From Octopus bimaculoides (lineage: Eukaryota), in contig NC_068982.1 of NCBI RefSeq assembly GCF_001194135.2, forward strand, positions 37,050,687 to 37,114,686: a stretch of 64,000 nt of DNA. The letters are read 5' to 3'. The translations under genes were made by a program, and so were the position numbers. The notes below the pieces were generated by a model that worked only from the letters and a program-made list of their open reading frames with translations, had not been told where the DNA came from and made no database searches. Of the stretch, positions 63,100-64,000 are shown one piece after another (the first letter of the stretch is position 1; every line of letters begins with the position of its first letter).

Positions 63100-63486
63100 G
63101 GCACAGGCATGGCAGTGTGGTAACAAATTACTTCCCAATCACGATTCTGGGGTCAATGACACAGTGACACTTTCGGGAAAAGTGTCTTCTACTATAGCCT
63201 TGGGCCGTCCAAAACCTTGTGAGTGGATTTGGTAGACAGAAACTGAAAGAAGCCTGTCTTATGTGTGTGTGTATTTGTGTGTCTGTGTTTGCCCCCCACA
63301 CACACACACACACATTGCTTGGCACCAATGTTGGTGTGTTTACATCCCTGTAACTTAGTGGTTCAGCAAAAGAGACCAATAGAATATATACTAAACTTAC
63401 AAACGATAAGTTCTGGGGTCAGTTTGTTTAACAAAAGCTCGTGCTCCAGCATAGCTGCAGTCAAATGACTGAAACAAGTAAAAGAA
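63100..63486 (+). mobile_element. SINE family B, full length, tail type 1
   Basis: Homologous to 7427-7830; ends gcagtcaaatgactgaaacaagtaaaagaa. Confidence 0.88.
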
Positions 63487-63490
63487 TAAA

Positions 63491-63546
63491 TATATATANN
63501 NNNNNNNNNNNNNNNNNNNATATATATATATATATATATATATATA
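63491..63546. repeat. (TA)n microsatellite containing a 21-N gap (63499-63519)
   Basis: Directly visible. Confidence 0.95.
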
Positions 63547-63839
63547 AAGAGAGAGAGAAACATACACAATGTACATGCACAGAGTGATTTGTGTTCTGAA
63601 GTGTACTCTACTAGTGGTATGATTGGATGATATCTGTTGCATGAAAAAAGTACCATTCAATAACAATACTGAAAAAGCTGGCAGTTATTTCATACTGTAG
63701 ATCCATTCTGCCAATGCCAGGATGAAAAAATTATTAAAGTGATGTCAGTAACTGTCTCTTCTCCTCTCCATGAATATCTTAATGCATAAATCACATGAAA
63801 AATGTAATATCAATCAATGTGGTATAAATAAATCTATCT

Positions 63840-63960
63840 AGAGAGCTTACACTGTGTTCAACCTGCTAGAAGTAGCAACCAAATCTCATTAAATCTCACC
63901 CTACTGTCTTAAAAAGAGATATGGAAGAGCACATTGGGTATGTAATCATACTGTACTTGT
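63840..63960 (+). mobile_element. SINE-like family D, 5' portion
   Basis: agagagcttacactgtgttcaacctgctagaagtagcaaccaaatctc...gcacattggg. Confidence 0.55.
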
Positions 63961-64000
63961 GAAAGAAAAAAAATTATATGATGACAGATGGAGTGCCTTT

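Overview
Strongly AT-rich, repeat-dense eukaryotic DNA. The SINE families look to me like those of octopod cephalopods (Octopus sp.); this is pattern recognition from memory, not a database hit. The window appears to be almost entirely intronic sequence of one very large + strand gene. I can support only two coding exons (13446-13577 and 32119-32274, both phase 0-0, joined by an 18,541-bp intron). Together they encode a spectrin-repeat segment that aligns without gaps to the R14/R15 junction of human dystrophin as I recall it, so the gene is probably the dystrophin/utrophin orthologue. The rest is a layered transposon record: two mariners of different subfamilies (one full length), a pogo/Tc2-type element with a Brinker-like DNA-binding remnant, piggyBac-type and hAT-type MITEs, many CR1-like and RTE-like LINE remnants (nearly all antisense to the host gene), an R4/Dong-like LINE lodged in (TAA)n, and several SINE families, one of them modular. 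The most unusual structure not explained by these repeats is at 35.7-38.1 kb: a 189-bp inverted repeat (about 98% identical) interleaved with a 176-bp direct repeat (about 94% identical). It is a candidate pre-mRNA hairpin/ADAR substrate and a candidate local duplication-inversion. There are two N gaps, both in microsatellites. I found no rRNA, bona fide tRNA or CRISPR array, and no convincing evidence of a wholly new multi-gene system; the findings below are leads, not discoveries.
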